DNA of 64,000 nt from Callorhinchus milii. Taxonomy: Eukaryota. Positions 12,130 to 25,879 of the stretch are shown piece after piece. Each line of letters begins with the position of its first letter. Position 1 is the first letter of the stretch. The translations under genes and the position numbers were made by a program. The notes beneath the pieces were generated by a model. The model was not told the DNA's origin and ran no database searches. It was given only the letters and a program-made list of their open reading frames with translations. The DNA lies in NCBI RefSeq assembly GCF_018977255.1, contig NW_024704743.1, positions 85,810,001 through 85,874,000 on the forward strand, in the 5' to 3' direction.

Positions 12130-12890
12130 GGAACCACCCTATTCAAAATGTGCAGCAATGATGTGTTGGATGACATTGAGGGGGTCAAACTTGGTGTATC
12201 TGCTCTAGGCCTTTCTGACAGGATTATGGCGCTTCTGTTTGCAGATGATATTGTGCTTGCAGACTCACTTGGGGACCTTTTCCACTGCTCCCACCATATG
12301 AACACTGGACCATCCAGTGGGACATGGTGGTGGATGCTCCCAAGTGCAGAATCATGGTTCTGCATGGCTCAAGAGAAGACAACAAAGGTATTGATTGGAA
12401 GATTTCAAGGGCATCAGTCCCAATCGTTGATTCTTATGAGTATCTTGGAATCATGGTGGACACCAACTTCAGCTTGGACACTGCCCTGAAGGACCGCGCT
12501 GAGAAACAGTGAAGGGCACTCTGGTTGTGCTCGTCCCTCTTCAAGGACAGCAAGGTGCCAATGCAGGTCAAGCTTGTGGCATAAAAGACCTGTGTCAAAC
12601 AGCCCCCCTTTATGGATTCAAGCTGCTGGGGATGCAGCGGAAAGGCTTCCTCTGGCCATTTGCAAAATCCAGGATCACGCAGTGAGATGGATTTGTGACA
12701 AACACGGGAAGGGAGGGAGGGCTCTGACCTACACTGACCTGTAGTTGAGCACCCTGGAACCAGAGGCAGCTTCACAGTGGGTCTGCTCTAGGGCACTGCT
12801 GATGACAGCCCAGCCAGGCTTTCTCATTGGCAGGATTTTGTAAGGGCAGATCATTAACTGGGGGCAGGGAATCCTCCAACTCACTTAATG
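12130..12890 (+). mobile_element. Fossil non-LTR retrotransposon RT fragment, not CR1/L2 (RTE-X-like)
   Basis: TLFKMCSNDVLDDIEGVKLGV..RIMALLFADDIVL (RT catalytic FADD). After a frameshift: WDMVVDAPKCRIMV..VPIVDSYEYLGI, then LYGFKLLGM. Contains stops and frameshifts. Confidence 0.8.
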
Positions 12891-13469
12891 AACAACAACA
12901 ACTTGCATATATATAGGGGTGACATTGAGGAGTTCTTAACAATGCCAGAGTGATGCCAAGTCAGGAAGAAAGAGGAGGTGATTGTAGCCACAGTTAAATA
13001 GGAAGGTGTTCATATGTATTCAGAATGTTAATTGAATTTCAGTTTTAATTAAAACATTAAGATCAAGATCAGTGATTCATCTGTAAATTTCTGAACTGAT
13101 AAATTATTTCTGAAATACTAAAATGATTTACGATTCAAGAGGCACAATTTCAATTGATTTCCAAATGTTATAAGATTTAATAATGAAAAATGTTTTGTTC
13201 AAACAATACAATGCATATTTTAAAATTATATTTTCATACAATAGAACATTCATAGAAAGAGAACAGGTGGTTGTTTGCTGTCATTTATTTGACAGGCTGT
13301 GGGATAATTTTGTCTCATACAAAATAATATTTTACCTCAGCTTCATCTTTATTTCAATATAAATAAGATTCATGAAAAGTACCAAGCACATATGAATACA
13401 ACTCTCCATGGCACACAACCTCTTTCTCACTGGTAAGTAATGCAAAGAATTTAGAATTTTTATTAGGAA

Positions 13470-13790
13470 GATTGGTTGAGGCCAGGATGCTGGACTTATT
13501 TAAAATAGGATTGATAAAGTAAACCCAGAACAATAGGATGCATCAAGACAGTAGAACAAGAACACTTGGATTTTGAGTTTCAAAGGATAATTTCAAGACA
13601 GATGCCAACAATTTTCTTTATCTACACAGTAATTAATGACTGGAACAGGTTGCCAGGAAGGGTGGTTGACACCAGGACACTGGACTTATTTAAAAAGCAG
13701 CTTGATATAGTGATGGAGGGTGTTCTGGCGAGGTGAGATCGGATGCAGAAGAGCATTCTTCAACCAAACCCATCTTGTGCTTACATTGGT
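13470..13790 (+). mobile_element. CR1 LINE 3' end
   Basis: Degenerate SRTR..-FKTD..-VINDWNRLPGRVV..TLDLFKKQLD ORF2 terminus followed by a short 3'UTR. Confidence 0.8.
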
Positions 13791-14379
13791 GAGTTTATCT
13801 TTTTACGAGATATAATTTCTTTCCTGACTAAGTGACAGAGTTGGCACGACTCATTGGAAAAGTGAAACCTTGAAACATGTTGATAAAATAAAGACTTGCT
13901 GAGAAAGACAGACGTATCTTGGCACCATAAAAAAGACACAACTGCTGTAATATGCCTGACCGGTGGGGTTACTGTCACTTTGGAGTGAAGGTTGTTCTGC
14001 TCAGAGTAGTATGATCGCTTGTGTGATACATTACTTATGAAATCTTACAAAAAAATCTTATCCAAACAAATCTTGGATCGGCAGAATCCTGACCATTATT
14101 CCAGGTATATCAAGCCAATTTGTGAAATAAACATATATCAGCTTTCCAGTAATGCCTCTCCCTGCACCTGAAGATAAACTAATAATAATAATCCTTGCAT
14201 TTTATAAATTGCCTCTCATGTCGGGAGAACATCAAGAAATGTGTTACAGTATCTGGTGTGAAGTGTAGTGACTGTGTATCTTGCACACAACAAGTGAACT
14301 TGGAACCTAATATTGTGCACAGTGATGTCCCACATACAGCCATGAAGTGAATAACCAGGCAAAGGTAATCAGAGTAACA

Positions 14380-14485
14380 AAAGGCAAAATACTTCAAAAG
14401 CTGGAAATCTGAAATAAAAACAGAAGTCGTTGGGAACGCTCAGCAGGTCAGGCAGCATCTATGGACTGAGGAAAGAGGGTAACCA
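14380..14485 (-). mobile_element. One arm of the palindromic Penelope-like repeat
   Basis: ctggaaatctgaaataaaaacagaagtcgttgggaacgctcagcaggtcaggcagcatctatgga is nearly identical to 52783-52847. Confidence 0.8.
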
Positions 14486-15739
14486 AAATCTCATGGTCGT
14501 AGCCTTAAAATCATTATAATAAAATGAACAATCATGCAGAATTTTGGAAATGTGTTCAATTTCAGGAATTTGGCATTCTTAACTCGGAAGCTGACTTTTA
14601 TAGATTTTAAATTGCTTTCCAAATTTAGACTGAATTTAACAATTTTCAAAAATTCTGCGCAATTTTAAATATGACAATGGCCTTAAGGCTAGGACCATAG
14701 GAAATGTTGAGTTTAAGGTGTCATAGAATCATAAAAATTATAGCATAGAAGCAGGCCATTCATGTTACAGGGCTTAAGATAGTGCTAAGTCATTATATCC
14801 AAGTGAATTTTCTTAAACTGTGAAGCTATAAATCTTTTCTTACTGGAGATTGAACATTATTTGTGAGGTTTAGCTTACTGACCTAGAGACTCTGAAAGCT
14901 GACATTGCATTTATATGAGACTCTGTTGGAGTGCAAACATTTCACTGGTCCAGTTTTCTCCCGGAGAGACCTTAACTATTGTTGTAAAAGTTTTATGAGC
15001 TCCTTTCAGGTTCTGTTTCTGATAGAAAGATGCAGAGAAATATTATTATATGTTCCCCTGCTGGATTATCACATAGTTGTACACTGACTGGTATTTTTGG
15101 AAATATGACCAACCTCTTTAGAAATAAAAGAATTTGCATTTTACAGCATCTTATTGGATTAAAAAGCACTTTAGAGCAATTACTGTCAAGTTTAATGACA
15201 GTTACTGTTGGTAAACAAGACAGCCATTCAGCAAGATTCTACAACCAGCCATGAGGTGAATGATCAATATATTTGGATGATCAATAGAATGCTCCTATTC
15301 CAATTTCTATCTTTTTTGGCTCTTATTCCCTCCTTATCCAAGTATAGCCCACAGTTTTCATATTAATGGGCTGCTCATCTTATTGTTGATTATGGGACAT
15401 TACTGACACAGATTAGCTGCCGTGTTTGCCAATATAAACAGGATTTGCTTCATTTCGAATCAATTATCTTTTACGTAAAGAGATTTGAGTCATTAGTTTT
15501 TATATGAATAGTGCTAAATAAATACAAATTATTACTATTGTTGTCTATGCAATCAACTGTACAATAGAGACCAGAGTCTGAAATTACCAGGTCAAATAGG
15601 CAGTACTTACAGGAATCCAGGAGCAAGGACAAGCTTGCCTAGCAGAGCAACCATGTATCTATGGGCGGAGATTTACTTCTGAGCCTCTGAATAATTTAAC
15701 AGCATTAAGCATATTACTGTGCTCCTCTGATGGTGAATG

Positions 15740-16040
15740 CACCACAGGTTGTAGCACTGAAACATCCAGACCAGGGTTAGTTGGAGGTTCAACTACCAAA
15801 TTGACCTAAGGGTAGAAATCAGGGTGCTGCATTTAGCTTCAGTACCCTTGCTTCAGGCAGAGGAATATCAGCCAGGCTAACAAGAGATCCCTGCTGGATA
15901 ATACAACTTGGTGAATGTTGTGTCATAACAGGTTGGCAACCGCAGCTGAATAGCCTTCCAACACTTGCTGTCAAAGCTGACAAATGAATAATGGTCACTG
16001 TAGGGGAGTCACTGGATGGTGACTGGTGTCTGTTGAGTAT
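15740..16040 (+). mobile_element. LF-SINE-like relic
   Basis: cagaccagg...atcagccagg...gatccctgctgga...gaatagccttccaacacttgctgtcaaagctgacaaatgaataatggtcact...actggatggtgactggtgtctgt. Confidence 0.65.
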
Positions 16041-16634
16041 TTTACAGTGGAATGAAAAAGAGTCACACGTCTTCATGAGAGGCATTTGCATTGAGCTAAA
16101 TACAGGATTATCGCATTGCATCTGTTGCAAAATGGTATATTTTTTACTGGTTACTTTTGGAGCACAGAACATGGGTGACAATCACCAGGTTACTGGAAAG
16201 AGTCTCTACTTATTTTCCCATTGCACATCACCACAAATCAGCTCGATCAGCGTCTGAAATAAATAGATTTTGATGAACAGATTCCAGTCTTACAGTACAA
16301 TTCCAACCTTTCCCTGGCTTACAGTACAATGATAGGAAGATTGTTGGGCAGTACAATTCCATCTCATCCCAGTTATACTGTCTGCTTGGCAATTAATATA
16401 AAAGAAAGCGTAAGAAAAAGGTTAACTTGAGCGGAAAGGATAGGCTGAACTAAGAGAAATAAAACAGAGGGGAACAGTTAGAGAAAGAAAGACAAGACTG
16501 TATCAAAAGTCTGCCATTTTACCCAGTGGATCTGACCATATGTTGTCACATTACCCTATATATCCGATACTGTTCTTAGGTAGATTTATTTGGTCATTTT
16601 CTTTTTGGAATCAATTAATGCTAATTGTCGTCCA

Positions 16635-17035
16635 CGCTTTTGATATAGCCATGTCGTTAAAATGTCTCAAATCGCTTCATAGGATTTATTGTAAAATGGA
16701 GTAACTGAGCAATTGCAGGCAAATATGGTAGGCGATTTACACACGTCTCACAGATAGCCGTGATGCGAATGATCGGTTTTATCCCAGGGAATGTTAGCCA
16801 GCACATTCAGCGAAACTCCTTTCTCTTTTCAAATAATGCCATGGGATCTTTAACATTCATCTGAACAAGCAGACTAGACTTACGTTTAAAATGTAATCTG
16901 AAGCATGGCACTGCCAACAATAAAGCACTCCCCTAGAACTGCACTGGAATGAATGTCAATATAAATTAGGAGCTCAAGTCTTGAAGGATTTGTACTCACA
17001 AACCTAAATCAATGGCAAGAGTCAGCTGAGCCAGC
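16635..17035 (-). mobile_element. Old SacSINE1/Deu-type SINE, near full length
   Basis: Tail, body (aataatgccatgggatctttaacattcatctgaac) and head are all present in reverse orientation. Confidence 0.75.
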
Positions 17036-17709
17036 TTTTCATTATCGCCTCACCATCAATTAATTGCTTTTGCTTGAAATCTATTCTACATCTAGTATCC
17101 ACCACTCCATGACAAGCAATTCAAATCTCTTGTCCTGCTTTTGACTTAAACAATTTAAAATCCCCTTTGTATGAAACAGAATTTTTTTTAAAAACATATT
17201 AATTTGGAATATGCTGTAGTTTTGTTGTGTTATATAACAAAACTAAATAGCAAAGGCCAATTGATTAAATTATTTCCCAACAATGTAGCTTGGTTCCAGC
17301 ATGAGCAAAGAAAATAGGACAACATGTTTCTTTATCAAAATAAAGTACAATAGATGTGTTTCTTAAATCTCTTCTATTCTTGTTTTGATTGAACTATGAA
17401 ATGAATGGTTAAACAGATTTGTCTATGATCATTTTATATGTAATTTACAGAAGTTACACCTCGGATATTTCTTGGTGAATTCTTCATGTTTTTAGTACTT
17501 TGTTTTGCTGAAATTTTCACATTTTAGCTTTGATTTTGCTGATTATAGTTTCATTCTTGGATGTATGTCCACACAACAGAAAGCAACAGCCTGAGATCTT
17601 CAGATTAATCTGTTATTTTTAGAAGGAATCTGAGTTTCCAAAATAAAGGTTCCTTAGAGTCATGAGATGTACATTGCACTGACCTCTGCTCTGTCACAAT
17701 CTAATTCAG

Positions 17710-18015
17710 CTGTCAGCCTGCCTCAGTTGGAAACACTCTTGCTACTGAGTCAGGAACTGGTGGGGACACTTGTCAGTTTAGCATCTCAGTTTTTAAAGAT
17801 GTTAAACCAGGATTGACGGTTCAGTTCGACATCAAAGACCCCATGACACTATTCAAGATAGTAAAGGGAGTTTCTCCCACTGGCCTCGCCAACAATCCAC
17901 CAGAAGTCATTCATTTCTTAGCTGTTTGTCTGACATAGTTGTGTGCAAATTGGCTGTCATTGTTCACCTACAAAATAGACAAATACTATACTTCACAATA
18001 AATCCTGTGAAGTTT
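17710..18015 (+). mobile_element. Old SacSINE1/Deu-type SINE
   Basis: tgtcagcctgcctcagttggaaacactc...aaagaccccatgacactattc...gtgtgcaaattggctg. Confidence 0.7.
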
Positions 18016-19796
18016 TTTATGCCATGATACGGTAATAAATAAAATAATAATTCTTCACAGAATTTATTGTAAAGCGTAGTGACTGTACATTTTGTATGCA
18101 AACCTATTTTGCATGTTGTGTACTTATTTACTTATTTGTATTTATTTTGTATATCAAATGGAATGATTATTATTATAACTTGCGAGTAGAGTTCCTGTGT
18201 GTTGATGGGGGTCCTAACAGATTCCTGGTCAAAGAATCCCATTAAGAAATATCCCAAATTAGGTTCCATTGCAGAGTCAATGAAGTGGCTTCAACATTAA
18301 AATGGTGAGACATCACTTAACACTGGCATATATTAGAGTAGCACAATAACATTAATAATTCATCCTTATACAGTATATTTTAACTTGACTTGTTGAAATC
18401 AACTAATTTAAATTCCGCACCTAAACGTGCAGTCAAAATTACAAAATTACATCCACCACTTACACGTTCACTGTAATATTAAATGATTTGCATTCATTTC
18501 CTGACATTTTTAGCTATTTAATAATTAACGTTAGTCATGCATGTGGATCACTAAAAAAAATATTGAGAACTGTTACCTCTTCTGTATTTATCTACATTGG
18601 GTTTTCTAACGAGACAAATTCCCTGCTGAGTATTATTGTCAGAGAGCTATTAAAATATAATGAAAGAGATTTATAGAAACTCACGTTCTGCACAGGAGAA
18701 TATCTTTAACTCCTGAAGGAGACAAATTACCATAACTTGCTATATCTGACCCTATGTCTGTGATGGAAAGACTCATTTCAAGTTAAATTTAAACGTGACT
18801 TAAATAGATTAGTATTCAGGTCAAGGAAAGAGATCCTGAATTCCCAAGTGTTGACCTTTTGTAGACTGTGGTATAACCTGTATGATTCAAGGTATTCCTG
18901 TAGGAGGCAGCAACCCACCACCAATCAGAACATCTCTGGAAGTTTGGTTATGGTCGTGATTCAAAACTGAAAGTTAACAGTTCCAACTGAAAATGCTGTA
19001 TTAGAAATTACAATCATAGCATTTGATATAGCGTCTATAATGTTGAAATGCTGCAAAGCGCTTCACAGGAAATTGCTGCATGTTTATTAGCAAGCTCTTC
19101 TAGTAATCCTTGCATTTGATATGGCAACTTTCATGTTGGATGGACGTCTTAAAGAGCTCATATGATTTACTATCAAGTATAGTGACTGTATTTTGAGGGC
19201 AAACATATTTTGTATAACAAGTGGAATGATTATTATTATAACTCTGGAATGGAGTTGGTGAAAAGTGATATATCACTAATCACATATTACCTTAACTAAA
19301 ATAACCTGTTTTAATTTTTTTAATTTTGCCTTCTCAACATTTATAATGATAGTAATCCTTGCATTTTGATGTCACACCTGTAATGTGGAGATTGCCTTAA
19401 AGCATTTCATAATGTTCCTGTGAAGTGTAGTGACTCTATATTTGTAGGCAAACATTGGTGACAACTGAACTCACTCATTACTGGTTCTCAATACATCTTT
19501 CACTGTATAAAACAATTCACCCCACATGAAAGTATTGCACTTGTGTGGAATTGATGTGTAGCATTCATATGTATTAATGATGTTATGAATTCAGGTAAAG
19601 TTTGGGAAATAAAGGACTATGAATAAAAGCACAGGACTCTCAACTTGAAATGCTTGTGTATGAATTCTACCCTGGATTGATATTAGATCATCCCTGCCAC
19701 CTATTGGTGAGTCAGTCCACTTTTTTCTTTTGCCAGTAGATGGCACACTTCATAGCAGAACACATAATAAAGTAATTGAACAAAGTTCTTGAACAG

Positions 19797-20119
19797 GTCC
19801 TGTAACTCAGTGGTTAGAGCACTCGCTTTGCAAGTGAGAGACCTGAGTTCAATTCCAGGCAGAGGGTGAAACCTTGGGCAAGTTTCCTTACTCCACACAG
19901 AGCCTAATAATAATCCCTCCAAAACTAAAAACAATAATTAAATTGGTCATTTTCAATCTACGACTGTTTGTGGGACATTGCTGTGCGCAATTGGCTGCCG
20001 CGTTCGCCCACAAATATACAGTCAATTCACTTTACAGTGTGTTCTGTGAAGCGCTTTGGGACGTCCTCCCGACGTGAAAAGCGCTATATCAAATGCAAGG
20101 ATTATTATTATTATTATTA
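19797..20119 (+). mobile_element. Young tRNA-Ala SINE, short form
   Basis: Near-identical to 22600-22921, with (ATT)n tail. Confidence 0.95.
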
Positions 20120-20237
20120 CCACAGTGTAAATTACACCTCGCTTTAGGAAAAGCACCTTGAGCCACCTGGTGTGTCTCCTGCAGGGAACCCAATGCACTC
20201 CCGCAGAGCCATGAGAATTCTGCTCCCACACAAATTT

Positions 20238-20635
20238 TCAGCCTGGCTCATTTAGAAGCTCTCTGGCTTCTGAGTCAGAAGACGATGAATTCAAGAAGTC
20301 TGAATTCCAATAGTCTAGGTTGATACTCTAATGCAGTGCTGGGAGTTCTCCGCATTGCTGGAGATCCTGTCCTTCAGCTGAGACATTAAACTAAAATCCT
20401 GCCTGCCTATTCAGATGGACGTTAAAGATCCCATGGTACAATTTGAGAAGGGAGTTTCTCTCCATGTCCTGGCCAGCAATCCTACAGATAAAATTCGTCA
20501 TTCACTTCATGGCTGTTTGTGAAACATTGCTGTGCATAAAATTGGCTGCCACATATAATTACAGAATTCACTGTACAGTAAATTCTATGAAGTGGTTTGA
20601 GACATGTTCCTGGCGTGAAAAGCATTATATCAACA
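20238..20635 (+). mobile_element. Old SacSINE1/Deu-type SINE, full length
   Basis: Head (ttctgagtcagaag), body (gagacattaaac..cagatggacgttaaagatcccatgg..gtcctggcca..ggctgtttgtg..aattggctgcc) and tail. Confidence 0.8.
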
Positions 20636-21257
20636 TACATCGAGTTCCAGCTACGAGATCCATTTTACATCCTGAGGTACATTTTCTAGAGCAAGGAACA
20701 TTGATGTTGCTGTTTATAATAGCAGCAACAAATTAAATTCATTTTGCACCTACATAGCACCTTTCATGTTGGGAGGATGCTTCACAATTCTTCACAAAGT
20801 TGACACGGAGCCCAAGCTGGGGGTGGAGGGAGGAGTTGAAGTATTTGTGTGTGTGTGGGGGGTGGGGTTAGAAAACATAATAAAGTAACAACAGAAAAGA
20901 GACAAAGTTCATAACAACATAAGATGCCTATCAGTGGAGTGAATTATAGAGATGAGAGAACAGATTGGCTGTTACACATCCCTTTGACATAAAGACAGAG
21001 AAAAATAAGAACAGAACAAGGCCATTGAGGTCACTGGATCTACTCTGACACAAACCATTCCGTGGGACATAAAATACATCTTGCCCTCATCCCACTCATC
21101 TCCACCATCCCTTAATATTTTTATTCCCCATGGTACGTTCCTGGTTTTAAATTATGTCTCTCCAGCTATTTCAAGATCTTTATTAATTTCCAGACGTCTG
21201 ACAGTTAATTAAAATTGAATCAGATAAGTTCCCCAAAGGTTTAACAAGTAAAGGCAT

Positions 21258-21410
21258 TGCCCACTGAGCACTAGACCATACAGACCAGAAAGGCACAAGT
21301 TTAATATCCTACTGTTGAGCTGAGTTAAAGGATCTCAGTCAGAGCAGCATTTAACCTCAGGTCTCCTGCATCAGGAAGGAAATGTGTGAAACTCAGTGTT
21401 GTTCCTGCCC
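21258..21410 (+). mobile_element. LF-SINE-like 5' relic
   Basis: ccatacagaccagaaagg...gctgagttaaaggatctcag...cctcag. Confidence 0.6.
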
Positions 21411-22107
21411 GAGAGGCCTGAAATTTCCAATAGACTTAGATTTTAGTATTTTAATCAAAAACTTTTGTTAAGAGTCTTAAGTGCTCCAAGACACTAACTC
21501 GTGTGAAATACACTATGTAAATGTAAATTGTTCTTGTCTTAGATTAATTAGGATATTGGAAAATTCCTAAATGCAGTTTTAATTAATTGGAAGCTAGTTT
21601 TCTGCAATTCAGATGTTCAGGCAGGGTCACTGGATAATGATCAAGAGTAGGACCACGGCTGATGTTACAGTTCCTGATCTGGGTTGCTGAAGTCATTTCC
21701 TGCGGCTCAAGTACCACCCTAGCTGAGAGCAGCTCAGCGATATCGCACAGACCTGCCTGCAAGCTTTCTTTCCTTGCTTCATTCAAAATTTGCTTGCTTC
21801 AGTTTAAAATTAAATTTCATGTTACCTTGAAAATGTCCACTGCTGGAACAAACAGAACTCCCACATTCTACTTTTTTAAGGTTATAAGTTTTAGGTTTTG
21901 GCCTAGATTGAGCCAGTTTAGATCAGTTGTTCCTAACACTGGATTTCCCCAGGCGTATCGATAATATCAATCTTCACACCCTTTATTAGTGGTTCCAGTG
22001 AGCAAAGTAATTTTTACATATTCATTGCCACTTAGCTGGCAAAGTTTACTATAAAGGCACTCCCATTAGTAGGTAGAGCACAGATAATTAAGTCAAGAAA
22101 AAGATTG

Positions 22108-22323
22108 AGGTAAAATTCCACTGGGTCTCGATTTACTGCATTAATGTGACTTTTCAGAGTGTGCAGAAATTGGGGAATTGTTGAAATCAGTTTTTACTTT
22201 TCTTAAAGGAAAAACAGAAAACAATCTTTAAAATGAAAGACGATTTAAGAATTTGACAAATTCTAGATACTCTGAAATGCTACATTAATAGAGTAAATCT
22301 AGACCCAGGTGGGATTTCTATCC
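22108..22323. mobile_element. MITE with ~60-bp imperfect TIRs (same family as 4648)
   Basis: Left aaattccactgggtctcgatttactgcattaatgtgacttttcagagt versus reverse complement of right aaatcccacctgggtctagatttactctattaatgtagcatttcagagt. Confidence 0.75.
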
Positions 22324-22599
22324 ACGCGAGTTTTAATATGTGATAATATGATTTCTAAAGTCATGCCTTAATAAGGGAGAGCAGAATCTGTCAGTTCAGC
22401 CACAGGTACTCTGCTCCTGGGCAATCTAAAAATAACAATAACCTTTGGATTTAATATAGCACCTTTAACGTTAAATATCTCAAAGCGTTTGTATTCTCTC
22501 ACCACTCTACAGGAGCATCAGCCTGGATTAGTAAGTCAGACTCTCAACAAGGGGGTTGAATACACAATGTTCAGACTCACGAGGCGTGTTACCGTAGCT

Positions 22600-22921
22600 G
22601 TGGAGTCCTGTAGCTCAGTGGTTAGAGCACTCGCTTTGCAAGTGAGAGATCTGAGTTCAATTCCAGGCAGGGCGAAACCTTGGGCAAGTTTCCTTACTCC
22701 ACACGCCTAATAATAATCCCTCCAAAACCCAAAACAATAATAAATTGGTCATATTCAATCTACGACTGTTTGTGGGACATTGCTGTGCGCAATTGGCTGC
22801 CGCGTTCGCCCACAAATATACAGTCAATTCACTTTACAGTGTGTTCTGTGAAGCGCTTTGGGACGTCCTCCCGACGTGAAAAGCGCTATATCAAATGCAA
22901 GGATTATTATTATTATTATTA
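22600..22921 (+). mobile_element. Young tRNA-Ala SINE, short form, nested in an old SINE head
   Basis: Full-length copy. The flanks rejoin into the reverse head of an old SINE (gtgttacc|aattgaaccaaaatgacac). Confidence 0.95.
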
Positions 22922-24989
22922 CCAATTGAACCAAAATGACACTTATCAAAAAGGGAGGAAGTAAGGGAGAGATGCTTATGGGCATGGCTGAAAATATAAG
23001 TTTTAAAGTGGGATGTAAAAACAGCTAGAGAGGGAAGGGATGAGACAAAGGGGTAGAGGGCGGTAGTTTCAGAGATCGGAGGTGTATAATCTGACGTCTT
23101 GGTCTCCAATTGCGCGGAGAGGACGGAGACAGGTAGCAAGCCTGAGTTTGGCAAACAGAGAGGGGGGAATAGAGGAGTGGGGGAAGGAGAAGTCCTGTTT
23201 TATTGTTACTTTGCTGGTGCTCGTGCAGTACAAACTTCAGTGCCTGAGGTTGTTCTGCTGTGTGGAGCATCTAATGCGTGACAGATTGAGGAGTGATCTC
23301 ATGCTGGACTTGCGTATTCAATTAAAACACAACATGATTATTATTGATATGACATCCCATGAGTGAATGATATCACACCACTTCAGGTCTGGGTCACCTT
23401 AACTCTCTTTTAGGGAGGAGAGAAAAATGAAACATGGAACTCTTCCATTTGAAACGTCATATTTGTGAGTAACATATATTCTCTAAGGAGGAGAAAGGTC
23501 CAAAAAAGCAGTTTTATACCTTAAAAGTAATCACAAAATAAATACTGATCTGGCACAGTTATCAAGTAGGTCTCCCAATAACATAATCCTTATTCTCTCT
23601 AGAAACACTTCTTGTTAACTCCTGGAACTGTTTACATGTTATATTCAATATTGTTTTCTGAGAACTTATTCTCATATCTATCTCTCTTGCCATTCCAGCA
23701 CACCCTGTCTTGTCAAGTCTGATTCACAGTTCAGGTTGAATTAGTTAAACTCAGACAAGATTTTACTATAATTGGCCTCGGTGACTCAGGTATGGGAGGG
23801 TTTTCTGATTGCTGGAGGTGTGCATGTGCAGAATGAAGACAGGATCAGTGTTTTCCATGGAGAACGATCCAGCACTCAATGGGATTTTGAGCTGATATGC
23901 ACAAAGTGGATCCAGTGCGAAATTGTAATCTCCAATTTTCAAATATTGCAAATTAATTAATGTTAGCCTTCTAATCTCTTCCCCTCCCACCTGAGGACCA
24001 ACATTTCTGAAATCAGTAAACCAGAGTAACTAGGAGTTTTCAAGTAAGATCAATATTTATCTCATCAGATCATCTACAATGTATCAACATTTCCAAATAC
24101 CCCAAACTATTTTCCTCCTGCCTGCTAACAAATAAAAAGGTGAAGTAAAAATGTAATGATGTGGGCCATTCAGAATGGTCACACCTTCTGAGACACAACT
24201 GTGAGACAAAAGAGACATGCACTAAGCTTTGTCTAGACAGAAGCATGAAGAATTGGATGACGTAGTAGAGGTTAATTGATATCTGGGAGCCACAATCCAG
24301 GTTGAGTTGTAACCTTTTAAGGATGGAGGCAAAAAATTGGACCCAAAAGTGAAATGAACAAATGAAATCCTAGTCTGGTTCAGAAAGGGAAACCCCTTCA
24401 TTCTCACCCTAGTTCAGTACTTTCAGCCTCTCCAGTAAAGACCAATCCAAAGTTCTTTTGTTTTGCTGCAGTCGGATACAGTAAAGGAAATCCTATTCAA
24501 CAACTTTGGCTTTATCAAACAGAGAGCTGGATTTCTTTATTGCTCATGAAATTCTGCTATAAATACCAATTACAAATGCTATTACACTAGTGCCTGAGTC
24601 AATATCAGTCCTCAGATCTGTAGCCGAGGGCTACAGACATGGGTTAACTATTCTATGAATGAAAAGTACTAGAAATAAGACATACTGCTAGGTAGTGTAA
24701 ACATGGCAATATTTGCCTGCTGATCTTTGTAATTTAAACTTACTTAAGGATAAGATTTGAGTCTAATATGCAATGATTTTTGATGAGATTTGTTAATAAG
24801 AAATCTGAGTTGGGATGCCTTCTGGTTAGTAGAATTATGTAATAAAGTGTGTCGGAGTGTAATCCAATTACAGATTTCTGGTTTCCTTATTAAAGAATCC
24901 CAGTAGAAATGACCACATCCGAGACACCAATATGATGGTTTTCCCCATGACCAACTAGACAAAGATAGCACTAAACTTTAGATGAGATA

Positions 24990-25655
24990 AGTCTCCCCCC
25001 ACCTCCGCAACATCCCTGCTCCACCACTGCTTCAACCCTCAGGCCACCAAAAGCCTCATCCACGCACTCATCACATCTAGGCTTGACTACGCCAACTCCC
25101 TGCATGTCAGCCTTTCCAACTCTTCCTTCCACAAGCTGCAGATCATCCAGAGCTCTGCAGCCAGTGTCCTCTCCCGCATCAGGCTCTGTGACACCATCAG
25201 CTCCACCCCCGCTCGGCTCCACTGGCTCCCCATCCCCCAGAGGATAGATTTCAAAATTCTCGTCCTCGCCTTCAAGGCCCTTCACGGTCTTGTTCCTTTC
25301 TACCTCTGGGACCTGCTAAACCTATACCATCCTGTCTGCTTCATCCGCTCAGCAGGCTGTGGCCTGCTCCATGGCCCCCGCCCAACCCACCTCAGCATCG
25401 GTGGTCAGGCCTTCAATCTCTCTGCCCCTACCCTTTGGAACTCCATCCCGCATTCCCTTCACCTCCCTTCCATTACCTCCTTCAAGGTGCACCTCAAAAC
25501 CCTCCTCTTCGACCGAGCCTTTGGCCACCCGCCTACCCTTCTTGCCCCCCACCCTCCCCGATACCGACTCTCAGTTTGGGTCCAAATCCCTGACCGTCCA
25601 GCGCCTTGGGACGTTCTCCCGATGTGAAAGACACAATACAAATGTAATTCTAATA
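24990..25655 (+). mobile_element. L2 LINE 3' part
   Basis: KALIHALITSRLDYANSL..KLQIIQSSAA..LHWLPIPQRIDFKILVLAFK, then a pyrimidine-rich UTR and tail cagcgccttgggacgttctcccgatgtgaaag. Confidence 0.92.
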
Positions 25656-25879
25656 TCTATTGTTTTATAAAATTATCCTCATTGTATTCTGTCTTAACAA
25701 AGTTGAAAAAATATTGCCTATGTAACAATATGGGCGTGAAAGAAAAATGATCTTACACAATTCTATTTTTTATTATTCTGTGTTACGCTGTCAAAGGTAA
25801 TTCATGTTTATTTTATTCATTCTAAATGCAGTATCGAGTAATTCTGCAGTACCTTTACACAGATGATAATAATCAAATA

